A stretch of 64,000 nt of DNA from Octopus vulgaris (GCA_951406725.2 OX597836.1:4836001-4900000), one strand, 5' to 3'. Numbered from the stretch's first letter, positions 41,038 through 55,149 are shown. The notes: a model not told the origin generated them from the letters alone. A program made the numbers and translations.

Positions 41038-41153
41038 CAGCATATGTACATATGCATAAATGCATATATATGGATACATAGAGAATTTATATATGTTCAT
41101 ATACATGTCTATGCTGACATACGTTCAATGTCTTTAAATATTTATACCTCTCC

Positions 41154-41188
<35 letters not shown>

Positions 41189-42034
41189 ATATATGTGAGT
41201 ATATATATATATATATATATAATATATGTGAGTATATATATATATATATATATAATATATGTGAGTATATATATATATAATATATGTGAGTATATATATA
41301 CACATACATACTTACATATATATATATATGTATGTGTGTGTATATGGATATGTATGCAGGTATATATTTAGATTAATATATTAACACACTTATATATATA
41401 TGCATGTATGTAAACTGAGTTCACAATTTTCTTTTACCTACTAGATTGTTCTAGCTAACCTAGGAATTTCCTTTCAATACCACTGAAGACAAGTACTCTC
41501 ATTCTAAAATGTTACTTATGCAACGTATATATTTAAATGCCTATAGTTGCATATATAACATTTATTTTAATTTCGTATTCTATTAAATTGTGTATATATC
41601 TGTGGATGACCACGTGTGATTCTGTTTCTGTGTGTATGTTCATATATAAATTTTCCTGTACAGATATGCTGCGTTTTTGTTCATCGTTATGTATATATAT
41701 TTGTTTTCTATTACATCTTTAAATATATCGTATAAATCTTTTTAAGTCTATTGGCTAGCAATTTTCTATTTTCAAATTTCTGCTGATATTAGCACTGATT
41801 TTATTTTATGTCTTGGAAGTAATTATATATTAAATTCTGTTAAGCTCTGTTTTAGAGAATTCTTAAGTGTTTTAATATCTGTTTTCTTTTTATATTTATG
41901 CCAATGCAAGCACGCACTCGCAAACAAACACACACAAACACTTATTTGCATGCACACACAGACAGGCATACACACGCAGACGGCAACATCAACAGCGACA
42001 GTGCATAAGCATACACAAAGGTTCACACAAAGGT

Positions 42035-42071
<37 letters not shown>

Positions 42072-42136
42072 AAAGTTTGGTGTGTGGTAAAGTAAATCTT
42101 TTTGCTGAAACCTTAATACACACACACACACACACA

Positions 42137-42209
<73 letters not shown>

Positions 42210-42425
42210 GTATATATATACATAAATATATATATGTATAAAATGGCCGTCCGTTTGGTTCCAAGTTCATAACTGAGGCTGGAACTAGTGATTCGTTGTG
42301 ACCTTCCGAGTCAGTATGTGTATAGCAAAGAAGAACGCAAACAAAACTGAGGTAAATCGAGTAATTAAGCTCATTTAGAATATTTAATTAAAGTAAGGTG
42401 AAGCAAAAATAGAAATTAAATCCTA

Positions 42426-42581
42426 TTGAAAGAAGTCGTGGTGAGAGCAAAAGAAGTTTATAGAAAGTTTGTTCGAGATGAAGAAGCTGCAAAGCAATTT
42501 CTCCGATGCTATGAACTCCTTGATGAACATGGAGATATTGATCCATGCAGCAAATGCGAAGGAGAAATAATAAAGATTTGA
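42426..42581 (+). pseudogene. possible Merlin/ISXO2-like transposase N-terminal remnant
   Basis: Reads LKEVVVRAKEVYRKFVRDEEAAKQFLRCYELLDEHGDIDPCSKCEGEIIKI*; the F..DEE.A..FL....LL...CxxC pattern is recalled from IS1595/Merlin N-termini; no catalytic domain seen. Confidence 0.4.
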
Positions 42582-43049
42582 ATTATAGCAAAATTTTGAA
42601 TGTAGATCACAAGCTGGTCTTGATTTAAGTTGATGTAGATCACAGACTACACAGGCATCGACCTTTGCCATTACATCAACTACCAAGACACTCTTCCTAT
42701 CTTCGGAAACACCATTGCTAATATCACTGCTGGAACCGGCCAAGTTCCTACTGCAGTATTGTAAAGCGGTCTTTTGCTACTGTTGACGGTTGTCGCTCTG
42801 ACACATATTGTTATATTCTGAAGTCATCGATAGAATGGTTCTATCTGGCACTGTACGACCCCCACTCGTAACAGTATCATTATCTTCAAAAGGTTGGATC
42901 GTTATAATATCCACTCACTATCACAGTATAATTACTATATCAGCACAGACACGACTGTCAACACATTAATACACCTACTCTTTTATTCTACGTACACTCT
43001 TGATATCGCCAACTTCACCTTACTTATAGTGGGAGGTATGCACCATTAT

Positions 43050-43200
43050 TACTAATTCCCCATAACATGAAGAAATCAGAAATAATATAGGAACCTTCGC
43101 GAAAACATTGACAAAGAATTGGATAAACTCCTGGTGGCGATACCGGACCAGACAAGCATTGCAGGGTACACTCAGGGGAGATCGATTGCTAGAAACCAAA
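43050..43200 (+). pseudogene. CR1-group LINE ORF2 extreme C-terminal remnant
   Basis: DKELDKLLVAIPDQTSIAGY resembles the LDKFL..IPDQP...GY terminus of CR1-group ORF2. Confidence 0.45.
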
Positions 43201-43254
43201 TACAGACCAAGATCTAGCTATACAGCGGCAACAAAAATGAAAGAACACAGCGAT

Positions 43255-43646
43255 AGTCATCATCACCACCATCATCAGCAGCAGCAGTGGCACCACGACC
43301 ATCATCACCACCAACCCCGCCAACCTGAGCTATCTCTATCATTCATCTCCCCTCCCCCGTCTTCACCACTTCAACGACGACCTCCTCGAGCGCAACGCCA
43401 GCTGTGAAACCATTCCAACCAACGCCGCCACCACCACCACCACCACCATCACCACCATCACCGCTTCCATCACTACCACCACCAGCGCTACTGGCATGAT
43501 ATCCACTGCCAAATCCACCAAACCACCCCCACCACCACCATCAGCAGTGCAAAGGCATCCACCATTACCACACCACCTCTCTACTACTACCACTACTACC
43601 ACTACTACTACTACTACAACTACTACTACTACTACTGCTGCTGCTG

Positions 43647-43683
<37 letters not shown>

Positions 43684-43990
43684 GAATACTACTACGAATA
43701 CTACTACTAATATTACTACTACTACTAATAATAATAATAATACTAATATTACTACTACTACGACGACGAATACTACTACTAATACTACAAAAATCATTAC
43801 CGATCCCATTAGTTTTACAGCCATTCCCTTCACCACCACCACCTCCTCCACCATCTCCACCACCATCACCTCCACGACCACTTTCACAAAGACGACATCC
43901 GCCACAATGACTATCAACCACTTACCACCACCACTTACCACCACCTACACCATCATCCAGCACCACCACCACAACTACCACCATCACAGT
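43255..43990. repeat. (CAC)n/(TAC)n/(TAA)n low-complexity tract
   Basis: Directly visible. Confidence 0.9.
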
Positions 43991-44405
43991 AGTACTGCAA
44001 CCAACACTATAATTATGCTGCACAAGACCTCCAATTACAGATACACCACGTGTTTTACACGGACGTTCACGTATGCATATATATATTTTTTTTTTTTTCA
44101 AAGGACAATTAGAGATATAAACGGAAGTGGAATGGTTACCACCGGAAATAGAAATTGTATTTTTAGTTCAGTTGCCCGGAAACTAACCTCATTGAGTCAA
44201 CTTTGCTCGATGGCGTGTTATCTACGTAACATATAAAATAATTTTGTATCTGCAGGAGTTAAAAACAAATTTGTAATTAGTGTTGTAAATTGAGTTACTC
44301 TGATTGGAAAAGCGTCTTTCTTGTCTTTGATAGTCTTATCAAATTATCTTTGATTAATTATCTTTAAGGTTTTCTTTGAGTTTTTATTGCTAACGTGATT
44401 TTCGA

Positions 44406-44466
44406 TAGTAGTTCACTAGTAGTTCACTAGTAGTTCACTAGTAGTTCACTAGTAGCTCGCTCGTAG
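44406..44466. repeat. 11-bp minisatellite (TAGTAGTTCAC) x4-5
   Basis: Four exact units plus degenerate ones. Confidence 0.9.
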
Positions 44467-45454
44467 TGCTCCTATTAAGACTCTTTATTATCATCAGCTT
44501 CTACATATTTTTAAACGTTTCTTTTCCTAAACGGAATATTTAATAGAGACAAGCTTACTGTTCGACTAATGGTAGCATTTTAGTATGACACAATGCAGTT
44601 GTGCGCTGTTCGCTATTGTTCGTGTAGCTGCTGTCGTTGGTAGAGTTACTGCTACTAGTCAGGCGCCTGTTCTTGATGTTGCCGCTGTTGTTGTTGTTGT
44701 TGTCTTAACTTGAAGCCGGCTCTGTTGAAGCAGATGTATAAAAGGAAACGATACAGCAGTGAACACCCCTTGCTTTATTTTCTGCAACAGAATTTCTGTA
44801 TCTACGCCTCCATTCTTCAAAACACATTTTCTGATTTAGTAAAATTCAGTCGATGAGAGAGTCGTCAGAAAGTACTAACTGGCTGAATATGTTGTATTGC
44901 CATAGTGCGTCTCTGGAAATAACGCACTATTCTACAGAATGAGGTGGTTGTATTGCAGTAATGAAAGACTATTTTTCTATCAGTTAAATGGCCATTCTAC
45001 ACCTGGTTTCGAAAGTTTGGACGACAGGTGTATCGGCTTTTTCCTCAGTAGTGTAGCTCCTCACCAAAATCTTATTGAAATATGGGAATCGGAAATCATT
45101 CTAATCTGTTGAAAGGTTCGCCCTAAACAATCACTATATCGTTTACATTGAATTAATGTTAAATCGAAGAAATCAGAAACTTTCGGCCGAAAGCATTTTC
45201 TACCTAGATATCACAACTTCTTTTCAACGTAAAATAGGCCACAGATTTGCACTGGATTTCTTTATCACTGCAAGACACACAGTCTAAATTGTTCAAAGAT
45301 ATGAGCGCTGTGATACAACCGCCTGCACACACAGACACATACAGACACACACACACACTTATTCACAAACATACACACCCAAACACATATCTGTGAATAT
45401 GGGTGTGTGTGTGTGTGCATGTGTATGTGCGTGTGCGTGTGTGTGTATCGATGG

Positions 45455-46511
45455 TGCAGTGAACAAGCTATTTATCTGTTGTTCCAAAATGCATCATAAA
45501 TATTTCACTATATTGAGATCTTGTGATTGTGTTGTGCCATTTGAAATTCTCTTCATCGGTGTTCTGTTTTCGTACAAATTCCGAATTTCATAGTTTGTGT
45601 GAATTGGCAGACTACAATCTTGGAAGATTGTGCTACCATCAAGGAGGGATATTTGTACCGTACGTTCGACACCATTATCTGAAATTCTGAGATAAACCAT
45701 TGTGTCAATTCTGCCACGTTGAATAACTATAAAGCCATGATAATTCCGTATGCGCCCCCCAAACTCATCGTAGATTCATTGCCATGCTTAATTTGGTATT
45801 CTCCAGACATAATATCGTCCCGAAGTGTGAAAATGGTACATGATAGTACACCAGAGAGAATAACGTTTTTCTGTTGAGCCCTTGGTTAATTCTGACAATC
45901 CAGTAACAAATTTCACGCTTATCAATGTTGATGTTCAAAAGGAGACGTTTAGCAATTGCAGTTCTCCCATGTTATCCAGCTATCCAGCTTTACAGCACAC
46001 ACAGCGAACAGTTTTGGTTGACAAGGAATCAGAAAGTTAGTGGTTTAACTCTCTCCTCGTGTTTGCTGTCACAGTTCGATAACCTTTAAACATAATATAT
46101 TTCATTATTCTGTGATTGCTATCTGTCCGATTTGAGTTGCATTCAGATTTAAGACTGTTAGAGCTTGTTTCATATTTGTTTTGGATTGTTAACGTGATTT
46201 TAGAATCTACTGAGCTCGAAAATTAAACGTTAAACATGTTTTAAAGACTGAAGCTCAAGCAATCCTCACTCAAAAAACTTGTCCCCCTCTCAAATCACAC
46301 ACGCAACGCATTTTAACCTCCATAAATATAGATATCTGTCGATAAAAACCAAGACAAAGAGAGGGCTGTATCATAAAATACAAGGTAGAACTTACACATA
46401 TCAACACATACATACAGACTCAGACTGGTACAATGTTCAACTTATCATATGGCTAATAGAAAAGAATAATTGAACAACATGTGTTGTTTCCAATATTTTG
46501 TCCACACCCTG
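45455..46511 (-). mobile_element. degenerate Tc1 (DD34E) transposon, 3' end lost
   Basis: TIR-like CAGGGTGTGGACAAAATATTGGAAACAAC at 46511. Minus-strand motifs in Tc1 order: RELNH*LSDSLSTKTVR, RYYVWRIP, KHGNESTM.WG, IFQDCSLPIHT (FQDDNAPIH), QSQDLNIVKYL* (QSPDLNIIE.LW). Confidence 0.85.
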
Positions 46512-46876
46512 TGAAGATAAATAATTTTTAGACGAATTCTAACTTTCACGAATTCTAGCTTTCACCCCAATTTCATTTCAGGCGAGAGCTATTAAATCTC
46601 AAAGTGGCTGTTTATTTATAAACAGACGGAGAAAATATTCCATTTGTTTATACATTAATATAGAAGGTTTCATATGATTTCCAAGTACCCAAGTGCAATA
46701 GTTAAAATTGCGTTTAATTATATGTATAAATGGTCGCTCTGAATTTGATATTTTTCACTTTTATGCAGTCTCCTCATTAATGAATTTTGCACAAAAATAA
46801 ACAAATTAGAAGGAAATAGTTGACAGAATATATTGACGTTTCCAATACCCTGCCCACCACTATATGTATATACATA

Positions 46877-46933
<57 letters not shown>

Positions 46934-47021
46934 ACACTCACATACATACGCGCACACACACATATATATATACATATATACATATAGATATGTATGTAGT
47001 TATATATATATGTAAGTGTAT

Positions 47022-47066
<45 letters not shown>

Positions 47067-47225
47067 CGTAGACATATTTATACTTTTTGCATATGCGTAT
47101 GTATATGTATCTGTATGTAGCTGTATCTCCACCCATCCACCTATCTATCCTCCCATCTCTCTCTCTTTCTCTCTCTCTCTCTGTATTGTATTATATATAT
47201 ATATATAATTATATATGTATATATA

Positions 47226-47295
<70 letters not shown>

Positions 47296-47456
47296 ATGTG
47301 TGTGTGTGTGTGTGTTATATGGGGAAAGCAATGATATTACCTTTGGGAGTTTGAACGACAATCCTGAAAAATTTGTACTCGCCCAATTAAGATGTTGCTG
47401 CTTCTATTTTGGTTGTGCTGTTTCTTCAATTTTCTTCTTTGTTCTTATTGTTATCC

Positions 47457-47522
<66 letters not shown>

Positions 47523-47525
47523 TGT

Positions 47526-47561
<36 letters not shown>

Positions 47562-48685
47562 CTGACTTTGCGACAACTCATTTTATCATCAAGGAACTAT
47601 TTTCGTCAAGAGATGTCAACAAATTATTTCTCTCTTCTGATTTGTGTAAAGGTATATGTCTACATTCAGACACACACACACACACACAAAGACGAATGCA
47701 AACCCACTGACAGAAGGTTACGAAAGATTACAGAAGGCGTAATTGTGATGACATACCTAAACATATATCTCGTTTCTACTTCGAAAATGAAGAGAGAAAA
47801 TGCACAGTTACGTAGAGTTAATACATCAGGAAGTTAGGACTGCCAGAATCATTATATTCATGTTCAAATATAACTGAAATATCAGAAACTGGTGATGAGA
47901 TTTTCCCATTATCCCGTTCAGGAAATATCAATGACGGTGTCAAAATATCTGGGTGAACAAAATTTATGACACTAGATTTTTAAATGTCATCTCCTGTATT
48001 TATTCAATGGTTACCTACTTTTCTAGCTTGTCATCCAAGCTAATCTGCTTTAGAGATTGTCGTTATTCTTTGATTAATTTAAACTGAGTGAAGGGAAGTC
48101 TATTAGTTTTTTGTTTGGTTATCAAACACCAGATAAACACCCTCGATTCAGCTAGACGTTTATTTCAACTACCATAAAATTCTTTAGCAAAATATAATCC
48201 GATCTTGAACATCCGCAGTCTTGCATTGATTTCATCATCGACAGATTCGAAGACGACATGCTGGCAGAGTGGTTAGAGCAATGCGTAAATTCTTGCGAAT
48301 CTTTACGTTTTGATTTCAAATCCTATCGACAGCAACTTTCCCATTCATCCCTCGGAGGACGATAAAACAAAATGTTAGTTACGTAAAGGAGCCATGCTAT
48401 GGACATTCCCCACTCCCCGAATAATTATTGAGCTTTGACTGTTATATACACGTTTTCTTTCATCTGTTCTTATCAAAGCACTAGAACAATGTTTAATTGT
48501 TTCTTTAACTTCATTCATATTATGCATTATCAAAGATCGTACGTTATATAATTCAAACGAAATTTCTGTCAAAGTGAAAGAGGTTGTCCAGTTTTCTGAG
48601 AACTTCAAATGTATCTCTCAGGAACCGGCAATATTTTGTGTTTATGTCTTACAGCACAAATAATTCGGCATTCGGAGCAAGTTAC

Positions 48686-48717
<32 letters not shown>

Positions 48718-48719
<2 letters not shown>

Positions 48720-48803
48720 TGAACTTCCAACCTGTTGTCTCTTGAGGTCTCTGGGTGAGACTTGGAGTCAACTTGTACAAATATAAAGCAAAAGTCATAC
48801 ATA

Positions 48804-48804
<1 letters not shown>
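48718..48804 (+). mobile_element. 3' end of the same R4/Dong-like LINE, inside (TAA)n
   Basis: Near-identical to rc of 274-358; (TAA)n on both sides. Confidence 0.85.
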
Positions 48805-48874
<70 letters not shown>

Positions 48875-48876
<2 letters not shown>

Positions 48877-49072
48877 CCTTTCTACTGAAGGGACAAGGGG
48901 CCTGAAATTTAGAGGGAGAAGGACTAGTCAATTACAGTGTTTTGCTGGTACATTAATGTATAGAACCCGAAAGGATGAAAAGCAAAGTTAATATTAACCG
49001 AATGTGAAACCCGAACGAAATGCTGGTAAGCATTTCGCCTGGCGTGCTAACGATGTTGTCACCTTTCCGCCT
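48875..49072 (-). mobile_element. SINE family A monomer
   Basis: aatcctttctac tail; cccgaaaggatgaaa core; aagcatttcgcctggcgtgctaacg head. Confidence 0.75.
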
Positions 49073-49083
49073 TCGGTAATGAC

Positions 49084-49131
<48 letters not shown>

Positions 49132-49232
49132 TAATAATAGTAATAGTAATAATAATAATAATAATATTAAGAATAATAATAGTAATGATAAAAATAATAA
49201 TAATAATAATAATAATAATAGTAGTAGTAGTA

Positions 49233-49288
<56 letters not shown>

Positions 49289-49404
49289 CGCTATCAATAG
49301 TAATCTTTGCTCTTAGCTCTTAGCTCCATCAATTTGAAACTCCGAGTACTATTATGACAACTTTCTGATTATCCTTATACATACATATATGTATATTTAT
49401 ATTT

Positions 49405-49560
49405 TATCCTTTTATTCTCTTACTTGTTTCAGTCAATTGACTGTAGCCATGCTGAGGCACCGCCTTTTAGTCTTTGTACGCCTGGTGCTTATTGCTTATT
49501 GCTTATTCTATCGGTTCCTCCTGTCGAACCGCTAGATTACGGGGATGCAAACACACCAAT
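49405..49560 (-). mobile_element. SINE family B 3' half
   Basis: ttacttgtttcagtca..ccatgctg..caccgcctt..gaaccgcta. Confidence 0.75.
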
Positions 49561-50020
49561 ATGCACATGTGTATGCGTGTGCATGCGTGCGTGAGTGTGT
49601 GTGTGCGTGTGCGTGTGTGTGTGCGTGTCTGAATATGTGCATTCTACACGCAACTGCCAGTGCAAAACAGAACTATAAATCGTTCAACACGCAGTAACAT
49701 GGACAGATGCCTTCACGTACACGCAACACATACCACAAACACGGACACACAGTAACACACTCAGACACACACAGAACGCATACGAACTGGGAAAAGAAAT
49801 AAAATATAACATCCACGAACAGACGGAAGGATACGTGACAGCCTATAATATATAGACAAACATTGATTAACAGGAAGCAAACTTCTTCTATATAGTGTCC
49901 TCCAATTTTTGCTCTCCTCAATTTTAAAATTATCATTATTATTATCATTATTATTATTATTGTTTTTGTTATCGTTATTATTATTACAATTATTATTATT
50001 ATTGTTGTTTTTCTTGTTGC

Positions 50021-50075
50021 ATGTTGGTGTTTTTTGCCCAGTTTTCTGCTAGATTTTTGTTGTGTTTTGTTTATA

Positions 50076-50126
<51 letters not shown>

Positions 50127-50231
50127 GTTTTTGTTATCATTATTATTATTACAATTATTATTATTATTGTTGTTGTTGTATGTTGGGGTTTTTTGCCCAG
50201 TTTTTCTGCTAGATTTTTGTTGTGTTTTGTT
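50021..50231. repeat. local tandem duplication of a ~51-bp unique segment separated by (TTA)n
   Basis: atgttgg.gtttttt..gcccagttttctgctagatttttgttgtgttttgtt at 50021 and 50180. Confidence 0.85.
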
Positions 50232-50427
50232 CTGTTTTTTTTTATTCTTTTTTCCCTTTCCTTTTTGCATCTATGCTTCTTCCTTCCTGAGCAATAGATT
50301 TTTTTGTGTTCTCTTTTGCACTTTTCTTTTTAGCGTTTTTCAGTCTCGTTTCCATTTGACCTGGTTTAATGTCAGGCTGGGACGGAAATTGGCCTCTTGC
50401 CAAAATTGCTTCTTAAGCATAGGATGC

Positions 50428-50488
<61 letters not shown>

Positions 50489-50595
50489 TAGCAATTTTAA
50501 AGTAAGTTTAACATGCTGACTACAACAATTGCACTTTTTACCACTTTTCTCCGTTTGTCATCATCATCACCACCACCACCACTACCAGCACCACC

Positions 50596-50672
<77 letters not shown>

Positions 50673-50749
50673 TACTATTATTATATTGCTATCGTTGTTC
50701 GCTAATGCTATTGAGTGACATTATTAATGTTATCAATTTGAGGATGTGG

Positions 50750-50993
50750 GTTGGACTTGCCTGAGGTACTCATGACAATCTGGATGACCAGGATGCATAA
50801 GCTTCCTTTCACGGCCTTTGGCGGCACTCCCGTATTCTTCTGTGTTTTTAGTTATCTTAATAATTTTATTGTGTATATTTTGTATTCATTGTATTTATTG
50901 AATACACGTATGTTTGTGCTAAGTTCAGCTTGTCCAATGTTTTCTATTGTCCCTTTTTATTTCGTGCTCGCCCCTTGTGGCCAATAAACAAAA
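50750..50993 (+). mobile_element. probable LINE 3' UTR fragment ending gccccttgtggccaataaa
   Basis: T-rich UTR-like stretch ending in AATAAA; the terminus resembles the array-type SINE A tail. Confidence 0.4.
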
Positions 50994-51012
50994 GCTCATT
51001 AACACCAGCAAT

Positions 51013-51339
51013 GAAAGGAGCACTCCGTCGGTTATGAGGACGAGGGTCCCAGCTGATACGATCAACGGAAAAGTTTGCTCGTGAAACTAATGTGCAATTG
51101 ACTGAGCAATCTGTAGACACGTGTACATCTAACGTAGTTGTCAGGAAGATTCAGCGTGACACAGAGTGTGACAAGGCCGGCCATTTGAAATAGAGGAACA
51201 ACTCATTTTTGCCAGCTGAGTGGACTGGAGCAATGTGAAATAAAGTGTCTTGCTCAAGGACACGACGTGTTGCCGGGAATTGAACTCATGACCTTACAAT
51301 CGTGAGCCGAATGCCCTAGTCACTAAGGCACGCGCCTTC
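51013..51339 (-). mobile_element. full-length SINE family C with TSD
   Basis: rc head gaaggcgcgtgccttagtgactaggg...gagttcaattccc; flanking ACACCAGCAAT (51002-51012) and ACACCAACAAT (51340-51350). Confidence 0.85.
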
Positions 51340-51580
51340 ACACCAACAATAGAGCAATAATGAATATACAAAATATAAGTAAAACTAAAGTTTGCTTTTA
51401 TAAGACACAGGGACATCAGATCCAATATAAGCTTGTGTATCTTTGTCTCCCCACCACTGATGACAACCGGTGTTGGTGTATTTACATCTCTGTAACATAT
51501 CGGTTCCGTAAACTCACCGATAGAATAATATAGGGCTTTAAAACAAATCAAGTAGTGGGATCGATTCGTTCGGCTAAAAT

Positions 51581-52117
51581 TATCAGGACTGTTGCTGTAG
51601 TAACGAGGCTAAAGCACGCAGAGTGAAGCTGTTTGGCACAGATTGACCCTGAACTCTGCTGTGCATGCACACTAAGTTTTAACGTTCTGGCTCCCTACTC
51701 TGTTTATAGCAGTGCTTGGAAGTAATGTGGGTGGCGTGTGATCGTCGCATTGACCATGACAGAGAAAATTGAACAGAAAATCTGCATCAAATATCGCCAA
51801 AAGCTTAGGCGATACTTCCTCAGATGCCTATGCATAGTTTTAAAAATGTTATCATCGTTCTCGACGCAATCATGAATATCTTGTGCAGCTGAAACCCGTG
51901 TGTATTTTTGGTCAGCTGAAAGCAGTTTTGTTACAAACTTGGCAGACATGCACCTCATACCCAAATCTTCAATGATAATTGACTGAACTGAGACGTAACT
52001 ACTCTGTACATCCTTTGATAACTCACGCGTGGCGATTCAACGATTTCCCCTCAAATCTGTAACAGCTTTAGTTTAGATATTATGGCAACAATCTGGATAC
52101 TTATTGATCAGACCTCG
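51581..52117. mobile_element. rearranged non-autonomous mariner
   Basis: Right TIR rc CGAGGTCTGATCAATAAGTATCCAGATTGTTGC plus TA; left partial TIR TATCAGGACTGTTGC. Plus strand MTEKIEQKICIKYRQKL from 51756; minus strand IIIEDLGMRCMSAKFVTKLLSADQK. Confidence 0.85.
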
Positions 52118-52184
52118 TATATACACACATACATATATACATACACACATACATGCATACATAAATACATATACACATACACAA

Positions 52185-52219
<35 letters not shown>

Positions 52220-52226
52220 CATATAT

Positions 52227-52379
52227 ACGACGGGCTTCTTTCTGTTTCCGTCTACCAAATCTACTCACAAGGCTTTGGTCGGAGTCTATAGTACAATCCA
52301 CTTGCCCAAGTTGCAACGCAGTGAGACTGAACTCGGAACCATGTGGTTGGTAAGCAAGCTACTTACCACACACCCACTC

Positions 52380-52382
<3 letters not shown>
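52227..52382 (-). mobile_element. SINE family B 5' half
   Basis: tacgacgggcttctttc...aagctacttaccacacacccactcct. Confidence 0.85.
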
Positions 52383-52410
<28 letters not shown>

Positions 52411-53038
52411 GGGAGAGTGAGAGAGTATGAGACAGATAGGTGAGGCAGTTGTATGCATATGTATACCCCACGACATATGCTTTCATGCGTGTATATATAT
52501 ATATATATACGTATCCATATTTCTTTATCTACATTCACACACATACGCAGAGATGCACGCTTACATATATACACATATATATACACACATACACAGAAAG
52601 AAACCGAAAACTTTGTCTCATCTGCTCCACCGAACTACCTCACAACACACCACCCTACCTACCCACCGTCTTAATTCTGTTCTTCAGCGGATTGTGATAA
52701 CATTTTGGAACATCCATTGTGGACATATTTTTCCTACATATTATACATGTATTGCTGGGCTTGATACCATTAGCATCTTTAATAGCCAGTCTCTTGCGAT
52801 ATCCTGTAATTTAGGTTGCTGCTTCTTTTAATATCATCACCCAGGATAAAGTGTAGTCAGCATCTCTCTCTCTCCCTCCGTCACCCCTCTCTCTCTCTTT
52901 CTTTCTCTTTTACGTTCTCTTTATTTGGACGATATTCTTCTGGAAGAATGTACATATTCATGTGTCTTCTTTTCAATTTTGAGCATATCATCATCATCAT
53001 CATCATCATCACCACTATTATTATCATTATTTTTATCA

Positions 53039-53087
<49 letters not shown>

Positions 53088-53315
53088 TACTGTTGTTATT
53101 ATTATTATTATTATACTCCATATTGAACATATTGAAAAGCTGCACAAGGAAGCTATATTTCTTTTGACAGGCAAATATAAAAAGGCATCCTTTCAATCCA
53201 TTCACGAAAGGGTTTGTAGTTTCAAATAAAGACTAGCTTATTGATTTTGCTATATATATACACACACATATATATATACATATATTTATATATATATATA
53301 CATGTATGTATATAC

Positions 53316-53370
<55 letters not shown>

Positions 53371-54354
53371 TATTTTTTATATATATATGTATATATATTG
53401 CTATCGATGGCTTTCGTTTCGAAAAGAAAGATGCGTTCGTAATGCAACTTACAGTTTTTGTTGCCTCTTTTGTGCAAAAAGGAGGAGTAAATATACTGTG
53501 TGTGCATATGTTATGTTTTTGCGTGTGTTCTCTCTCGATGTGTTCGATAAAATGACTTTTCTTTTATTTTACCTTTTTTTGATTACAATTTTTTTTTTCT
53601 TTCAATACTATCTTCTATAGAAAACAACTTTTTGCTGGATATACTAGAATTTTTGTGAGTTATTTTTGCCTTCGAGCCAGCAAGCTGTTATATTTTCGCA
53701 GTTGCATTCTGCTGATAGTACAGACTTACTGGGAAAAAAAAAAAAAAAAAAGAAACAGAAATGGTTTAATTATGCTTGTTGCTTTTCATTTATTGGTCTT
53801 CCTACCTTAGGAATTATATATATTAATGTAGTTTTTTTTTAATGTCATTATATGACTTTTGGCATTTTTGTAGATGTTTCCAGATCAACGCTGTTATATT
53901 TACATCGCTGAATTCTGTTGGAAGTTAAGACGTACTCCACCCCCAAAACGTTAAATTATTGTCGTCGCTTCTATGTATTGGTCCACTTGCATTGACGATT
54001 ACAACTATATATTACTTTATTATATTTTGCTGAAGTTCTTGTAACAGTTGTTGTTGATGTGAGAAAGAAAGTTTTTTCCCGATCAATGCTGTTAGAATTT
54101 CGCTGCTGGAATCAACATATATTCAACATTTACACTTCGTGTAATGGTTGGGGTATTCGCAGTGTTTCTATGCGATTGTCTTTCGAACTTGTATGAATTA
54201 CAGCTACATATTTTCTTCATTGGACAGCATGTTGCATTTTTGGTTATGTTCAAATGTTTCCAATTTTTAAGTATTAGTTTCATGTCCTTCAGAAATTTAT
54301 ATCTGAATTACAAAATATTGTTGAAGACTTTTCGATATTTCAATTTGATACTTT

Positions 54355-54557
54355 TTTACTATTTTACTTGTTTCAGTCATTTGACTGCGACCATGCTGGA
54401 GCACCGCCTTTAGTCGAGCAATCGACTCCAGGACTTATTCTTTGTAAGCCTAGTACTTATAGATAGAATAAGTATTTACGACGGGCTTCTTTCAGTTTCC
54501 GCCTACCAAATCCACTCACACGGCTTTGGTCGGTCCGAAGCTATAGTAGAAGACACT
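54355..54557 (-). mobile_element. SINE family B with internal deletion
   Basis: The 3' tail is joined directly to acgacgggcttctttcag with the microsatellite-containing middle missing. Confidence 0.8.
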
Positions 54558-55149
54558 ATGGCAGGCTCTACCTCTAAGAGTAGTTATCATACCGAATCTC
54601 ACCCCGAGGTTTTTCAACAATATGGTTGTCACATCCAAATATATATATATATACGCATAAATATGTGAGGAAAACTCGTATAATTGGGAAAAAAATCGCT
54701 CGTTTTATCAGCATATTCATCGTTTTTTTTAAATCTGAGCGGTCTAAGTTATATCGCTTAGCTTCACAGCAAGACTAAAAAATCTTCTTATATGATTCTG
54801 TAAGCCTAGTTATTTAAAACACATGCTGCGCTGACACTAATAATTCATAGCGAGCCTAAATCACGTAAATGATTTATTCCATTTCGAGATGGCCAATAGC
54901 CAGAATCGTATGATGCACTTCTGTTTTTGTTCCATCCCACTCCATTCTTCGCCGCGGTTAACGTTGTTCTAGTATTATAAAGAATATCTACGACTGGTGC
55001 AAGGAAATTTTTTTTTATACATGAATAGTAACCCAATTGAATATATACAAACTTATATATAACATTGAATTATAGGAGTCAATAGAGCTCTTAGTCTCAA
55101 AAAATGCCTTGTAGATTTGAAACTTCAATATAAGATACTAGAATGTCAA

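Noticed and set aside
43496-44236. 246-aa Thr/Pro-rich mucin-like ORF
   Set aside because: Made of (ACT)n/(ACC)n microsatellite, open on both strands, with no signal peptide or splice context.
47341-47363. Possible 23-nt minus-strand microexon (ttttcag|...aag|gtaata)
   Set aside because: Short pyrimidine tract, not a multiple of 3, no partner exons; needs RNA-seq.
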